Origin: Octopus sinensis
Lineage: Eukaryota
Length of the DNA: 64,000 nucleotides
Direction: 5' to 3'
NCBI RefSeq assembly: GCF_006345805.1
Contig: NC_043022.1
Location: forward strand, 21,204,001-21,268,000
Every line of letters begins with the position of its first letter. The first letter of the stretch is position 1. Of this stretch, positions 12,201 through 23,492 are shown in pieces. Made by a program: the position numbers and the translations under genes. Under the pieces are notes generated by a model. That model was not told where the DNA came from and did no database searches. It saw only the letters and a list, made by a program, of their open reading frames with translations.

Positions 12201-15200
12201 TGGAAAATGTCCGATACCTATCTATCTATCCGCTCAGTCGAAGTTGACTCTCGGTCACTCGTTGGATCAGTGTCCTCCAGTCAGTTCTATCCTGGGCCGC
12301 TTCTTTCAGATTGGCTATGTCCATTCCTGTATCACTCTTGATGGTGTCAAGCCAGCAGGTTCTTGGTCGGCCTCTTCCTCTCTTGCCACTGACCATTCTG
12401 AGCATGATGTCCTTCTCCGGGGATTTTCTCCGCATAATATGACCGAAATATGCCAATCTACGCTTGGTGATCCTAGCTTCTATCGACATTTTCGGCCTGA
12501 TCTGCTTAACCCTTTCGTTACTGTATTTATTTTGAGATGTTCTGTATTTCTTTCAATTACTTTAAATATAACAAAGAATTTAGTAAAATAACTTAGTTAT
12601 CATTAAGCTTGTATCAGGAACATAAATTGTGAATAAGGTTTGGTGGAAGATTTTAATTGAAACCTTAAGAAAACAAGACATTTGTACAACAGAGCCAGAG
12701 CCGGTTTGGTAACAAAAGGGTTAAGAACTTCTCCATTGGTATCACGCAAATGGCACCTTTGCCACTGGCATGTAAAAGCACCCATTACACTCTTGGAGTG
12801 GTTGGCATTAGGAATGGCATTCAGCCATAGAAACCATGTCAAATCAGACTGGAGTCTGGTGTAGCCTTTCAGCTTGTCAGCCCTGGTCAAACCATCGAAC
12901 CCATGCCAGCATGGGCAATGGAGGTTAAATGAAAATGATGAACTGATGAATGTGAGTAAATAAAAATTACATTTGGTAGAATAATCTGCATGCTAAAGGG
13001 ATAAAGTGATTTCTTTTGTACCATAAACTATTTACTATTTCTATGGTGCCCCTGCTTACCCTTGATGCCATAAGCACAAACTATTTTGCTTAATGGTTAA
13101 TTCAGCACTGAGTCAAATGGAAATTGTAGTTATGATACCTGTGCCGGTGGCACGTAAAAGGCACCATCCGAATGTGGCCGATGCCAGCGCTGCCTTGACT
13201 GGCTTCTGTGCTGGTGGCGCATGACCTGTTGTGCTTGAGGAGACCTATTGAGTCAAGTACATCAACATCAAATAAATATCAAATGGAAATTGTAGTTGAG
13301 ATACCTGTGCCGGTGGCACGTAAAAAGCATCATCGGAATGTGGCCGATGCCAGTGCCGCCTTGACTAGCTTCTGTGCTGGTGGCACGTAAAAAGCACCAA
13401 CCGATTGTGACCGATGCCAGCCTCCCCTGGCACGTAAAAAGCACTCACTACACTCTCGGAGTGGTTAGCGTTAGGAAGGGCATCCAGCTGTAGAAACACT
13501 GCCCGATCAGACTGGAGCCTGGTGCAGCCTCCTGGCTTCCCAGACCCCGGTCGAACCATCCAACCCGTGCTAGCCCGGAAAGCGGACGTTAAACGATGAT
13601 GATGATGATGATGAGTCTAACAGTTCAAATTGAATAAAATAGACATTGTGTTTTTTTTGTTTTTTCCTTTCAGACGCTGTTTGTTGATAAAAGTGTGATG
13701 CTGTGTGATTGTCCAGGGCTTGTCTTTCCTTCATTCGTTTCAACTAAAGCTGACTTGATTATCAATGGAATATTACCGATTGATCAGTTGCGAGACCATG
13801 TCCCACCTGTCTCTTTGGTAAGTCTCCATCTAATTCCTGTTCTTCTCTTCCTCTCTCTCTCTCTCTCTCCCTTGTTCGCTTAAATATATTCTCTCTTCCT
13901 TAAGGCAGCGAGCTGGCAGAAACATTAGCACGCCAGGCGAAATGCGTAGCCATATTTCATCTGCCGTTACGTTCTGGGTTCAAATTCCGCCGAGGTCGAC
14001 TTTGCCTTTCATCCTTTTGGGGTCGATAAATCAAGTACCAGTTACGCACTGGGATCAATGTAATCGACTCAATCCATTTGTCTGTCCTTGTTTGTTCCCT
14101 CTGTGTTTAGCCCCTTGTGGGTAGTAAAGAAATAGGTATTTCGTCTGCTGTTATGTTCTGAGTTCAAATTCCGCCGAGGTTGACTTTGCCTTTCATCCTT
14201 TCAGGGTCGATTAAATAAGTACCAGTTACGCACTGGGGTCGATGTAATCAACTTAATCCGTTTGTCCCCTCTGTTTTTAGCCCCTTGTGGGTAGTAAAGA
14301 AATATATATTCACTCTTCCTATATACTTCTCTCTTTCCCCTTCTCTCTCTCTCTCACTATATTCCTCTCTTTCTCACACTTCTTTGCCTTGCAAGTTACT
14401 TGCAAGTGACCCTACTGGTGCCATGTATAAACCATCCAGTCCACACTGTAAAGTGGTTGGCATTTGGAAGAACATCCAGCTGTGAAAACCATGTTAAAAC
14501 TGACCTCACCTGTGCTGGTGGCACATAAGAAGCACTCAGTCCACTCTGCAGAGTGGTTGGTGTTAGGAAAGGCATCCAGAGATAACAAGAACTGTTATCT
14601 GTTGGAGTAAAAGAACTGGCAAAAAAAGGTGGCTTCAAACAGTGCAACACAATGGTCTCTACTTTGAATGCTTGGCTTCATTTCTTGTAACTTGATGAAT
14701 ACAGGAAATAAGGTAGCAAAATATTGCAAAATTTTTGTCTCAACAATGATTTATGAGCAGGAACTTCAAATTCCTGTGGCTGCCAAACTAGTTTACTGGT
14801 ACCTTGTGCAGTTCACTATTATTAATATACTTATATCATTTATACTAATGCGCGTAAAAAGCACCCACTACACTCTCGGAGTGATTGGTGTTAGGAAGGG
14901 CATCCAGCTGTAGAAACTCTGCCAAATCAAGATTGGAGCCTGGTGCAGCCATCTGGTTAACCAGCCCTCAGTCAAAACAGTCCAACCTATACTACGGCAT
15001 GTAAAAAGCATCCACTACACTCTTGGAGTGGTTGATGTTAGGAAGGGCATCCAGCTGTAGAAACTCTGCCAAATCAAGATTGGAGCCTGGTGCAGCCATC
15101 TGGCTTGCTAGCCCTCAGTCAAACCGTCCAACCCATGCTATGGCATGTAAAAGCACCCACTACACTCTCGGAGTGGATGGCATTAGGAAGGGCATCCAGC

Positions 15201-18200
15201 TGTAGAAACTCTGCCAAATCAAGATTGGAGCCTGGTGCAGCCATCTGGTTTGCCAGCTCTCAGTCAAAATCGTCCAACCCATGCTAGCATGGAAATTGGA
15301 CGTTAAACGATGATGATGATATACTGTTATTTCTGTTTTATTTAATCACTCACTCACTCACTTGCTTGATGGGACTGGGGTTATAACAAGAGTAATGGCC
15401 TCAGAGGTGTCCTCATGTGTAGTGCTGACCAGGTCCACCAGTGTTGGCAGTCCTGTGCCAGCCCTTCTACATCCTCCAAGATAATCTTGTTGGCTGGGGG
15501 CATGCAGGGGTCTGTTCTGATATTGGGCAGTCTGCTTTCTTTCGGTTGTTCTAACAAGTCGAGGGTTCTTCTTGACAAGTTGTTGGCTCTCCACGGAATA
15601 GTCAGATGATGGGGCTGCCACCTTGTCTGTTTGTCTACTATCTATCTGTCTGTCTGTCTGTCATCTATCTGTGTACCTATTTCTTTATTACCCACTAGGG
15701 GCTAAACACAGAGGGGACAAACAAGGACAGACATAGGTATTAAGTCGATTACATCGACCCCAGTGCGTAACTGGTACTTAATTTATCGACCCCGAAAGGA
15801 TGAAAGGCAAAGTCGACCTCGGCGGAATTTGAACTTAGAATGTAACGGCAGACGAAAAACCGCTAAGCATTTCACCCGGCATGCTAACATTTCTGCCAGC
15901 TCTATCTGTGTACCTGCCCGCTTACCTGCTTCTTCATATATCCATCTATATATCTGACTGCACGCTTTCCTTTCACTTGCTTTATTTACCCATTCATCCA
16001 TCCATCTACCCACCTTCCCTTCCTCGCTTCTTGTTTACTGATACATGACTCCCCCCACTTTGTCTTTTCTCAGGTCTGCCAGCAAATTCCGAGGACAATT
16101 CTTGAAGACATCTATGGTATTATGATACCTAAACCCGACGAATACGATGACCCAGATCGTCCACCCACAGCCTTAGAACTTCTCAATGCTTATGGCTGTA
16201 AGTATACACCTCACTTCATTCAACAGGTTAACGTAAGGTCTGGTTCTGATGGCACCATTTGATCTCTGTTACTCCTTGTTTGCCTTTTTGTGATGTAATT
16301 GTTGGGAGGAAGGGCAGTATACTTGATCTCCGTAAGACATCCGAGGGCAATGGTGCTGGGTTCAGTCCCACTGCATGCCACCTTGGGCGAGTAACTTCTA
16401 CCATAACCTCGGGCCAACCAAAACTTGTGAATGGATTTGCTACACGGAAATTGAAAGAAGCCTGTCGTGTCTGTATGTATATATACATGTGTGTGTGTGT
16501 GTGTGTGGTTGTATTAGTCTCCCTACAATCGGTGTTGGTGTGTTTATGTCCCTTAGGGTTGATTCGTTCAACTAAAATTAAGGTGGTGCTCCAGCATGGC
16601 CACATGGAAAAGGACCATTTTTCAGTGAATTTCGTTATTTTTCCTCTCTGTCTGCGTGGGTTATTTCGAGTATTTTGTTTTTGTCTGGGAGTCTCTTCTT
16701 ATAGTAGAACAAATAGTTAAGGTTCTTTGGCTGCTATTTCTAAACGTCGGTATGTGGTAAAGCAAATCTTTGCTCAACCCTAATTATAATTATACTCATA
16801 ATTATAAAATATTGTTTAAGTTTACCGAAAAATGGTCCTTTTTCATGCCGAATTCTACTTGGTGGAATTATTAATTACTAGTTAATTAATTAATTTTACC
16901 TTTTATTATTATTGCCGCATCGACTGGCTTCCGTGCCGGTGACACGTAAAATGCACCAATCAGACCGTTGCCAGCCTCGCCTGGCACCTGTGCGGGTGGC
17001 ACGTAAAAAGCACCCACTACACTCACGGAGTGGTTGGCGTTAGGAAGGGCATCCAGCTGTAGAAACATTGCCAGATAAGACTGGAGCCTGGTGCAGCCTT
17101 CTGGCTTCCCCAGTCGAACCGTCCAACCCATGCTAGCATGGAGAACGGACGTTAAACGATGATGATGATGATATATATACACACACACACATACGACAGG
17201 CTCCTTTCAGTTTCCGTCTACCAAATCTACTCAAGGGTTTGGTTGGCCTGAGGCTATAGTAGAAGACACTTGCCCAGGGTGCCATGCAGTGGGACTGAAC
17301 CTGGAACCATGTAGTTCGTAAGCAAGCTACTTACCACACAGCCACTCCTACGCCTCACCCCGAATCTATGCGCTCATCGGGATGCTCTGGTTTTTATAGT
17401 GGCCACCACTGATTTTCTGCAAGACTTCGAGTGACTGAGCGAAGGAACTAGCTGGGCTCCCCGACGTGTGTCATGGTTAAAGGGACATAACTGTATAAGG
17501 GAGATAAATCCGGGCATGGGTCGCTGTTCCGTTCCCCCTGCTCTTCTAAATTATCGCATTTGTTGTATTGTTTCTATCATTTCTGTTTTAATGTTCTTCT
17601 TCTTTCTGTCTTTCAGACATGCGTGGCTTCATGACTCCAAGTAGTGTCCCAGATTGTCCAAGATCTTCTCGTTATATTCTTAAGGATTACGTCAATGTAT
17701 GTATAATGAACAATGTATATACTTTTTCATTTGACGGCCTCTGATTTTGTGTAGTTTTACTTGTTTTCTTTCATTTATTTTTTTTTTATTTTCTTTATTT
17801 TTTTATTCTCTTACTTTTTTCAGTCATTTGAGTGTGGCCATGCTGGATCACCGCATTGACACCAGGACTTATTTTGGATCTTTTCGGTTTGAACGGCAGT
17901 TTTTTCTAGTGGTGTCATATGAAATTGTCACCCATAATTATGACCCTAGTATCAATCTATTGCATTTCAATCTGTTTTAGGGTTAGGGTTGGTTAGGGGT
18001 GGAGGGATGGGCATCTTTTTTTCTTCAGAAATGTAAATAAACCCAACCTGTTTCTTAAACGAGGGACATATTCATATGGCACAGAATGTTTTCACCTCAA
18101 CAGACGTCATTGATTGGTTGAAATTGCAGAAATTGAAGCAAAAAAACAACAAGTATCTTACAAACTATAGAATTTTCTGAATAAAGCCAATAGAAAAAGA

Positions 18201-19452
18201 TGTTTTATAAACATTCTACCAGTATATGAAGTTTAAAAGCGTTTAGTTACGTGGAAATTATTTTAAAAAACTGCCGTTCAAACCGAAAAGATCCCTTATT
18301 TCTTAAGCCTAGTACTTATTCTATAAGTCTCTTTTGCCGAATTGCTAAGTTACATAATCACACCAACATTGGTTGACAAGCAGTGATAGGTGGGGACAAA
18401 CATTTACACAGCGAGCTTCTTTCAGTTTCCATCTACCAAATCCACTCGTAAGACTTTAGTTGGCTCAAGGCTATAGAAGAAGACACTTGCTCGAGTTACC
18501 ACATAGTGGGATTGAATTCTGAACGTTGTGGTTGGGAAGCAAGCTTCTTACCACACAGCCATGCTTGCACATACACACACACACACAGATGCGATGGGCT
18601 TCTTTCAGTTTCCATCTAACAAATCCATTCAAGGCTTTGGACGGCTCAAGGCTGTAGTGGAAGACACTTGCCCAAGGTGCCACGCAGTGAGACTGAACCC
18701 AGAACCATGTGGTTGGGAAGCAAACTTCTTACCACACAGCCACACCTGCACATATATGATTATTTTTTTGTCTTTTGATAACCTGTGTATCCATTAACTT
18801 TTACTTTAAATCTCCCATATTAGACTGCGGCCATGCTGTGGCACCGCCTTGAAAAGTTTTAGTCAAACAAATCACCCCAGAGTCTTTGTTATTTTTTTTC
18901 TAAACCTGGAACCCAGGTGGAGGCTTAACGTTAGATTAGAGGGGCCCAGGTCTGAGAGGGTTAAGGAACCATATAATGGCTTGCTCACTCATTATTTATG
19001 CTGTAGTCGCAGTAGTAGTTGTAGTAGTAGTCGCTGTAGTAGGTGACAGTGTAGTTTTAAGTTTTCTGTAGAAAGCTTTGCTTACTATGTCTCTGTTACT
19101 ATGTCTCTTTGTACTTTTTCCAGTTTTATTATTATTATTATTATCATTATTACTCTTTTACTCTTTTACTTGTTTCAGTCATTTGACTGCGGCCATGCTG
19201 GAGCACCGCCTTTAGTCGAGCAAATCGACCCCAGAACTTATTCTTTGTAAGCCTAGTACTTATTCTATCGGTCTCTTTTGCCGAACTGATAAGTTACGGG
19301 GACATGAACACACCAGCATCGGTTGTCAAGCAATGTTGGGAGGACAAACACACACACACAAACACACATATATATATATATGTACATATATACAACAGGC
19401 TTCTTTCAGTTTCCGTCTACCAAATCCACTCACAAGGCTTTGGTTGGCTCGA

Positions 19453-19494
<42 letters not shown>

Positions 19495-22400
19495 GTTTTT
19501 TTTTTAAATTTCATTAATATACCTTCTGGTATTTGACAGGGAAAGCTGTTGTACTGTCATCCCCCTCCTGGGGTCTTAGCTGAAGATTTCAGCGATGCTC
19601 TGGAGACATATTCCAAAAAAGTGAAGAAGGAAACTTCTGAAAACTCGCAGGTAAGATATGGGTAATTTGTGAAATGTGTTTAATTCAAAATTTTCTGCCA
19701 CCCTGGGTATGGAGGAGAAGGAGGAGATTTGAGGCTGGGAGGGAGATGTTAACGAGAGTTGAGGTTGTGTCATTGAAGATGGTATATAGAGTTTGGGCGG
19801 TGAGCTGGGGGAATCGTTAAGACGCCGGGCGAAATGCTTAGCGGTATTTCGTCTGCCGTTACGATCTGAGTTCAAATTCCGCCAAGGTCGACTTTGCCTT
19901 TCATCCTTTCGGGGTCGATAAATTAAGTACCAGTTACACACTGGGGTTGAAGTAATCAACTTAATCCGTTTGTCTGTCCTTGTTTGTCCTCCCTGTGTTT
20001 AGGTGTTTTTGCTCAATAAACACTCACAACGCCCGGTCTGGGAATCGAAACCGTGATTCTACAACTGCGAGTCTGCTGCCCTAACCACTGGGCCATTGCG
20101 CCTCCACACACACGTATATATATATATATATATATACATACTCTTTACTCTTTTTCTTGTTTCAGTCATTTGACTGCGGCCATGCTGGAGCACCGCTTTT
20201 AATCGAGCAACTCGACCCCAGTACTTATTCTTTGTCAGCCCAGTACGGGGACATAAACACACCAGCATCGGTTGTCAAGCAATGCTAGGGGGACAAACAC
20301 AGACACACAAACATACACGCACACACAAACACACACTTTTTATAGATATATACATATATACGACGGGCTTCTTTCAGTTTCCGTCTACCAAATCCACTCA
20401 CAAGGCTTTGGTCGGCCCGAGGCTATTGTAGAAGACACTTGCCCAAGGTGCCACGCAGTGGGACTGAACCCGGAACCATGTGGTTGGTAAAGAAGCTACT
20501 TACCACACAGCCACTTCTGCGCTTATATATACATATATAGATCAAGGAGCAAATGAAGATATAAACCTTGGAGGGATAAAAATATTTGTGATTAGACTGG
20601 ATATAGTATTAATATTATACAAATCGAGAGAGAAGATGAAGATAAGATTAATAAAAGTTTATTACCCTCCATCTTCCCTCTTGTTTTGTTACACACACAC
20701 ACACATATTTGTCTTAATTATTTTTAACTTTAAATTAATTTTAATTTTTATTTACTTTCAGCTGAGACATTCTCGTCAAAAGATGCTTGATTCCTCTTTT
20801 TTCTCTAATGTAAGTTATTTGACTTTTAAATTTCCATTTCTGTTTTTGTATATGTGTGTGTGTGGTGTGTGCGTGCATGCGTGTGTGTGTGTGTGTGTGC
20901 ATCCATGCATGCATGGTGAGCTATTGGTATGGTTGTTGACATCATTTTTTTGTTTTTTGTGGTTGAACTGTAACCAGTGAAGTTTGCTTGTAGTGGAGGC
21001 ACATGGCCTAGTGGTTAGAGCAGCAGACTCGCGGTCGAGGGATTGCGGGTTCAAATCTCAGACTGGGCGGTGTGTGTGTGTTTATGAGTGAAACACCTAA
21101 GCTCCACACGGCTCCGGCAGAAGGTAATGGCGAACTTCTGCCAACTCTTTTGCCACAACTTTCTCTCACTCTTTCCTCCTGCATCTTGCAGCTCACCTGC
21201 GACGGACCGGCGTTCCGTCCAGGTGGGGAACCTATACGTCAAGGAAATCGGGAAACCGGCCCTTATGATCCAGGCGTGGCTCGAGAAGGAACAAACAACA
21301 AGTGGAGTTTGTTGACCTCTGATAGCATATTGGCCACTAGCTATGAGCTTTTGAGCTCTTCAGGAAAGAAATACTCCTTACTTGAAAAACAGTTAAGTGT
21401 TGGTGACAGGAACTGTATCCCACTGCAAAACTCTTACCTTAAATAATTTATCATCATTGTGCCAGTAGCACATAAAAAGCACCATCCGAACGTGGCCGAT
21501 GCCAGCCCCGCCCCGACTGGCTTCTGTGCCGGTGGCACATAAAAAGCACCATCCGAACGTGGCCGTTGCCAGCGCCGCCTTGGCTGGCTTCCGTGCCGGT
21601 GGCACGTTAAAAGCTCCAACCGATCGTGGCCGATGCCGGACCTCCCTGGCACCTGTGCAGGTGGCACGTAAAAAACACCCACTACACTCGCGGAGTGGTT
21701 GGCATTAGGAAGGGCATCCAGCTTTAGAAACTCTGCCAGATCAGACTGGAGCCTGGTGCAGCCCCTGGCTTCCCTGACCCCAGTCGAAGCATCCAGCCCG
21801 TGCTAGCGCGGAAAACGGACGTTAAACGATGATGATGATGATGATGATTAGCCATTCTAGTATGGAAAAATACGTGTGTTGTGTGTGTGTTTGAAATATG
21901 TGTGTATATGTTTGTGCTTCCTTATCTTGACATTGTATGATAGCTGTAAATGAATGTCACTGTCATACAAGCAGCATCATTCATCATCATTATCCAGTGT
22001 TTTAAATCTGGGCTTTGTCCCCGTTAATGGGGGTAGCTGGATCTACCTCAATATCATAGCAACTGCAGTAGGCAGGTGCAGCCCACCTCAACCTTTGGGC
22101 TGGCTGGTGCCCTTTCTCCTTTGCTATCATGAGGGTTATTTTGGAACTGGATTTTCTACAGGGAGCATGCCTTTGCTTACCCCCAACTTCAGTTTTGATA
22201 CATGAGTGATCCCGAGACCAAGCCTTCCACCACGGCTTTTAAGAAATGTGGTGGAAAACTAGCTCAGGAAGGCAGGGATGCTACTCCCGAGATCCCTTTT
22301 TGAGCACTCCTACTTTCATCTGTGATATTCTGCAAGAACATCTCTGGCCATGGGGTAAAATTACCTATGTTTGGAAACAGGTGAAACTTACAGTTGGGAA

Positions 22401-23239
22401 CAGGAAGGGCATCCAACCATAAAACTAGTTCACAATAAGCTCCATCTGACCCATGCTAAAATGAAAAAATAGATGCTAAATGATGATGATGATGATGAGG
22501 AGGAGGCGGGGAGTATGATTTCACATAAAAAATCTTGCAAACCAAATGCGTAAATGAAATTTTAGCTGTAACCATTGCCATTATCATCCTCTTCATCATC
22601 ATTTAATGACTGTTGCCCATGCTGGCATGGGTTGGATGGTTTGACTAGGGCTGTCAAGCTGAGGGGCTGCACTAGATTCCAGTCTGAATTGGCATGGTTT
22701 CTATGGCTGGATGCCCTTCCTAACATGCCAGACACTTTATAGAGTGTGCTGGGTACACTTTACATGGCACTGCATTGATGCTTTTACACAGCGCCAAAGA
22801 ATAAAAAAATTATCTACTGTCATGGAAAATGTAGCTAGAAATGCAGAACTATCAGAGTAATGGGCATTCAAAAAAGTATGTATGTATATAAATGTATGAA
22901 TGAAGTCTTTAAGGTTTAACATTCAAATCAAGGAAGTGCAATAATAATGAGCTTTAGCACAGATAAACCTTATGTGAAAGACAAGCCTGTGCTCTCTTTT
23001 CCAATATCTCCTGTATTGAATGACACTGACCACATCTGATTTCCCGTTCATTGCAGAATTCTGCAAGCTATGTATATTCAAAGGGCAAGAGAGGAGTCAA
23101 AGGTTATGCACGACTAGATGGACTGAAGCAGGTTGGCTTGTCAGATGGTGACCCAAACAAGAAACCAGGCAAGAAGCACTACAATAAGAACAAGAAAGAG
23201 AAACTGAGGCGGGTGTATCACCACCTGGATGAACACTGA
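3202..23239 (+). CDS. LSG1: Large subunit GTPase 1 homolog (circularly permuted YlqF/YawG-family GTPase, 60S maturation/NMD3 release); 15 coding exons, 2166 nt, 721 aa
   Basis: Exons joined by hand at GT-AG boundaries with consistent phases. The protein contains HTSELNDGYEWGRLNLASVTEQSNLEDFLATAELAGTEF, TPYEKNLDFWRQLWRVLERSD, DARNPLLFRC, G4 NKAD, G1 GFPNVGKS, G2 TPGRT, G3 DCPG and C-terminal KKHYNKNKKEKLRR, all typical of LSG1. Confidence 0.96.
3722..4190 (-). mobile_element. Inverted, rearranged copy of the TTAGGG-containing MITE in LSG1 intron 1
   Basis: Reverse complement of the same body, followed by a re-inverted partial segment at about 4090-4190. Confidence 0.75.
4401..4527 (+). CDS. 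LSG1: LSG1 coding exon 2 (VHTSELNDGYEWGRLNLASVTEQSNLEDFLATAELAGTEFTA)
   Basis: Acceptor tcttcttcag, donor gtaaat; highly conserved LSG1 block. Confidence 0.96.
4731..4851 (+). CDS. LSG1: LSG1 coding exon 3 (EKLNVKFIDRP...LLRIPR)
   Basis: Acceptor ttttggcag, donor gtttgt, phase 1 to 2. Confidence 0.94.
5625..6445 (+). mobile_element. SINE family A array (tRNA-like head ggcggcgagctggcagaa...gttcaaattcc, repeated ~180-bp bodies)
   Basis: A/B-box-like head; more than 20 related copies in the window, e.g. 9117, 13901, 15676(-), 19796, 39305, 40672, 51589, 59741, 63242, 63856. Confidence 0.85.
6553..6639 (+). CDS. LSG1: LSG1 coding exon 4 (RPDWDSNTTPEELAAKERELFLLWRKSLS)
   Basis: Acceptor ctctgcag, donor gtaagt. 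Confidence 0.95.
6807..7026 (+). mobile_element. piggyBac-like MITE with TTAA target site duplication
   Basis: TTAA-CCCTTTCATTAC...GTAACGAAAAGG-TTAA. Confidence 0.8.
7255..8275 (-). mobile_element. Degenerate mariner transposase relic (boundaries approximate)
   Basis: HQDN...HPPYLPDIAPSDYHLF (mariner YSPDLAPSD motif) and a WVPHKL-type motif, with stops and frameshifts. Confidence 0.85.
8295..8381 (+). CDS. LSG1: LSG1 coding exon 5 (LQAEDHVTLTPYEKNLDFWRQLWRVLER)
   Basis: Acceptor ccaaaag, donor gtaact; conserved TPYEKNLDFWRQLWRV. Confidence 0.95.
9420..9563 (+). CDS. LSG1: LSG1 coding exon 6 (SDVIVQIVDARNPLLFRC...INKADFLTEKQ), G4 motif
   Basis: Acceptor ctctttcag, donor gtaaat. Confidence 0.96.
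9704..9773 (+). ncRNA. Minimal type I hammerhead ribozyme motif in LSG1 intron 6 (Penelope-like element remnant)
   Basis: cac-CTGAAGA (9711-9717), stem II atgactgt/acagccat, GAAA, palindromic CGATCG, TA, gtg; GUA cleavage triplet ends at 9767. Confidence 0.7.
9982..10066 (+). CDS. LSG1: LSG1 coding exon 7 (RQYWAKYFSAEGVRVAFWSAIEETKKHQQ), G5 region
   Basis: Acceptor caatgcag, donor gtaagg. Confidence 0.94.
10536..10722. mobile_element. Fold-back element/MITE with ~69-bp inverted arms
   Basis: 10536-10604 is the reverse complement of 10654-10722 with few mismatches. Confidence 0.8.
10817..11449 (+). CDS. LSG1: LSG1 coding exon 8 (211 aa acidic linker ending VTTLGM)
   Basis: Acceptor atcttccag, donor gtaagt, phase 0/0; lies within ORF 10646-11512. 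Confidence 0.93.
11989..12090 (+). CDS. LSG1: LSG1 coding exon 9 (VGFPNVGKSSTINAILQTKKVPVSATPGRTKHFQ), G1 and G2
   Basis: P-loop GxxxxGKS; acceptor ttcttcag, donor gtaaaa. Confidence 0.97.
12226..12745 (-). mobile_element. RTE-clade LINE 3' fragment split by a MITE
   Basis: TNGEVL|KQIRPKMSIEARITKRRLAYFGHIMRR...GKRGRGRPRTCWLD...AAQDRTDWR. Confidence 0.85.
12510..12720 (+). mobile_element. piggyBac-like MITE with TTAA TSD, inserted in an RTE fragment
   Basis: TTAA-CCCTTTCGTTAC...GTAACAAAAGGG-TTAA. Confidence 0.85.
13110..13612 (+). mobile_element. Retroposon family C with ~60-bp internal tandem repeats and (GAT)n tail
   Basis: ggttggcgttaggaagggcatccagctgtagaa...ggacgttaaacgatgatgat; copies at about 4918(-), 14852, 16915, 21460, 27000(-), 48780, 54435, 58232. 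Confidence 0.8.
13674..13817 (+). CDS. LSG1: LSG1 coding exon 10 (TLFVDKSVMLCDCPGLVFPSF...GILPIDQLRDHVPPVSL), G3
   Basis: DCPG motif; acceptor cctttcag, donor gtaagt. Confidence 0.97.
15345..15625 (-). mobile_element. Degenerate RTE-like LINE 3' end with (AGTG)n tail
   Basis: LEDVEGLAQDCQHW-type C-terminus followed by a short tandem tail. Confidence 0.5.
16074..16197 (+). CDS. LSG1: LSG1 coding exon 11 (VCQQIPRTILEDIYGI...PTALELLNAYG)
   Basis: Acceptor ttttctcag, donor gtaagt. Confidence 0.95.
16603..16847. mobile_element. MITE with ~28-bp imperfect TIRs
   Basis: catggaaaaggaccatttttcagtgaattt versus aagtttaccgaaaaatggtcctttttcatg. Confidence 0.6.
17617..17696 (+). CDS. LSG1: LSG1 coding exon 12 (YMRGFMTPSSVPDCPRSSRYILKDYVN)
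   Basis: Acceptor tctttcag, donor gtatgt. Confidence 0.95.
17876..18294 (+). mobile_element. Complete ~420-bp MITE with 29-bp TIRs and internal telomeric repeats, inserted into a SINE
   Basis: GGATCTTTTCGGTTTGAACGGCAGTTTTT...AAAAACTGCCGTTCAAACCGAAAAGATCC; flanks cttatttt and cttatttc (7-8 bp TSD). Confidence 0.88.
19540..19650 (+). CDS. LSG1: LSG1 coding exon 13 (GKLLYCHPPPGV...)
   Basis: Acceptor tttgacag, donor gtaaga; conserved GKLLYCHPPP. Confidence 0.95.
20762..20809 (+). CDS. LSG1: LSG1 coding exon 14 (LRHSRQKMLDSSFFSN)
   Basis: Acceptor actttcag, donor gtaagt, phase 0/0; DxxFF motif. Confidence 0.85.
23057..23239 (+). CDS. LSG1: LSG1 terminal coding exon (...KPGKKHYNKNKKEKLRRVYHHLDEH*)
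   Basis: Acceptor cattgcag, TGA ending at 23239; conserved basic C-terminus. Confidence 0.95.
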   Translation, partial: NSASYVYSKGKRGVKGYARLDGLKQVGLSDGDPNKKPGKKHYNKNKKEKLRRVYHHLDEH

Positions 23240-23294
23240 GGTCTTGCCAAGAGGAAATGTTATTAGTGTGAGAAATAGATGCATTATATGTACA

Positions 23295-23325
<31 letters not shown>

Positions 23326-23486
23326 CTATGTGCATTCTAACATACCCACACACATATATATTATGTATATTCATGCTCCTATGTATTATATAATTATATT
23401 TGTGTGTCTACATATATATATATATATGAATGTGTATCTATATTTATATACATATATAAATATTTTATTTGCTATATTTTTTTGAC

Positions 23487-23492
23487 AATAAA
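23487..23492 (+). promoter_or_regulatory. Candidate LSG1 polyadenylation signal AATAAA
   Basis: AATAAA about 250 nt downstream of the stop codon. Confidence 0.5.
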
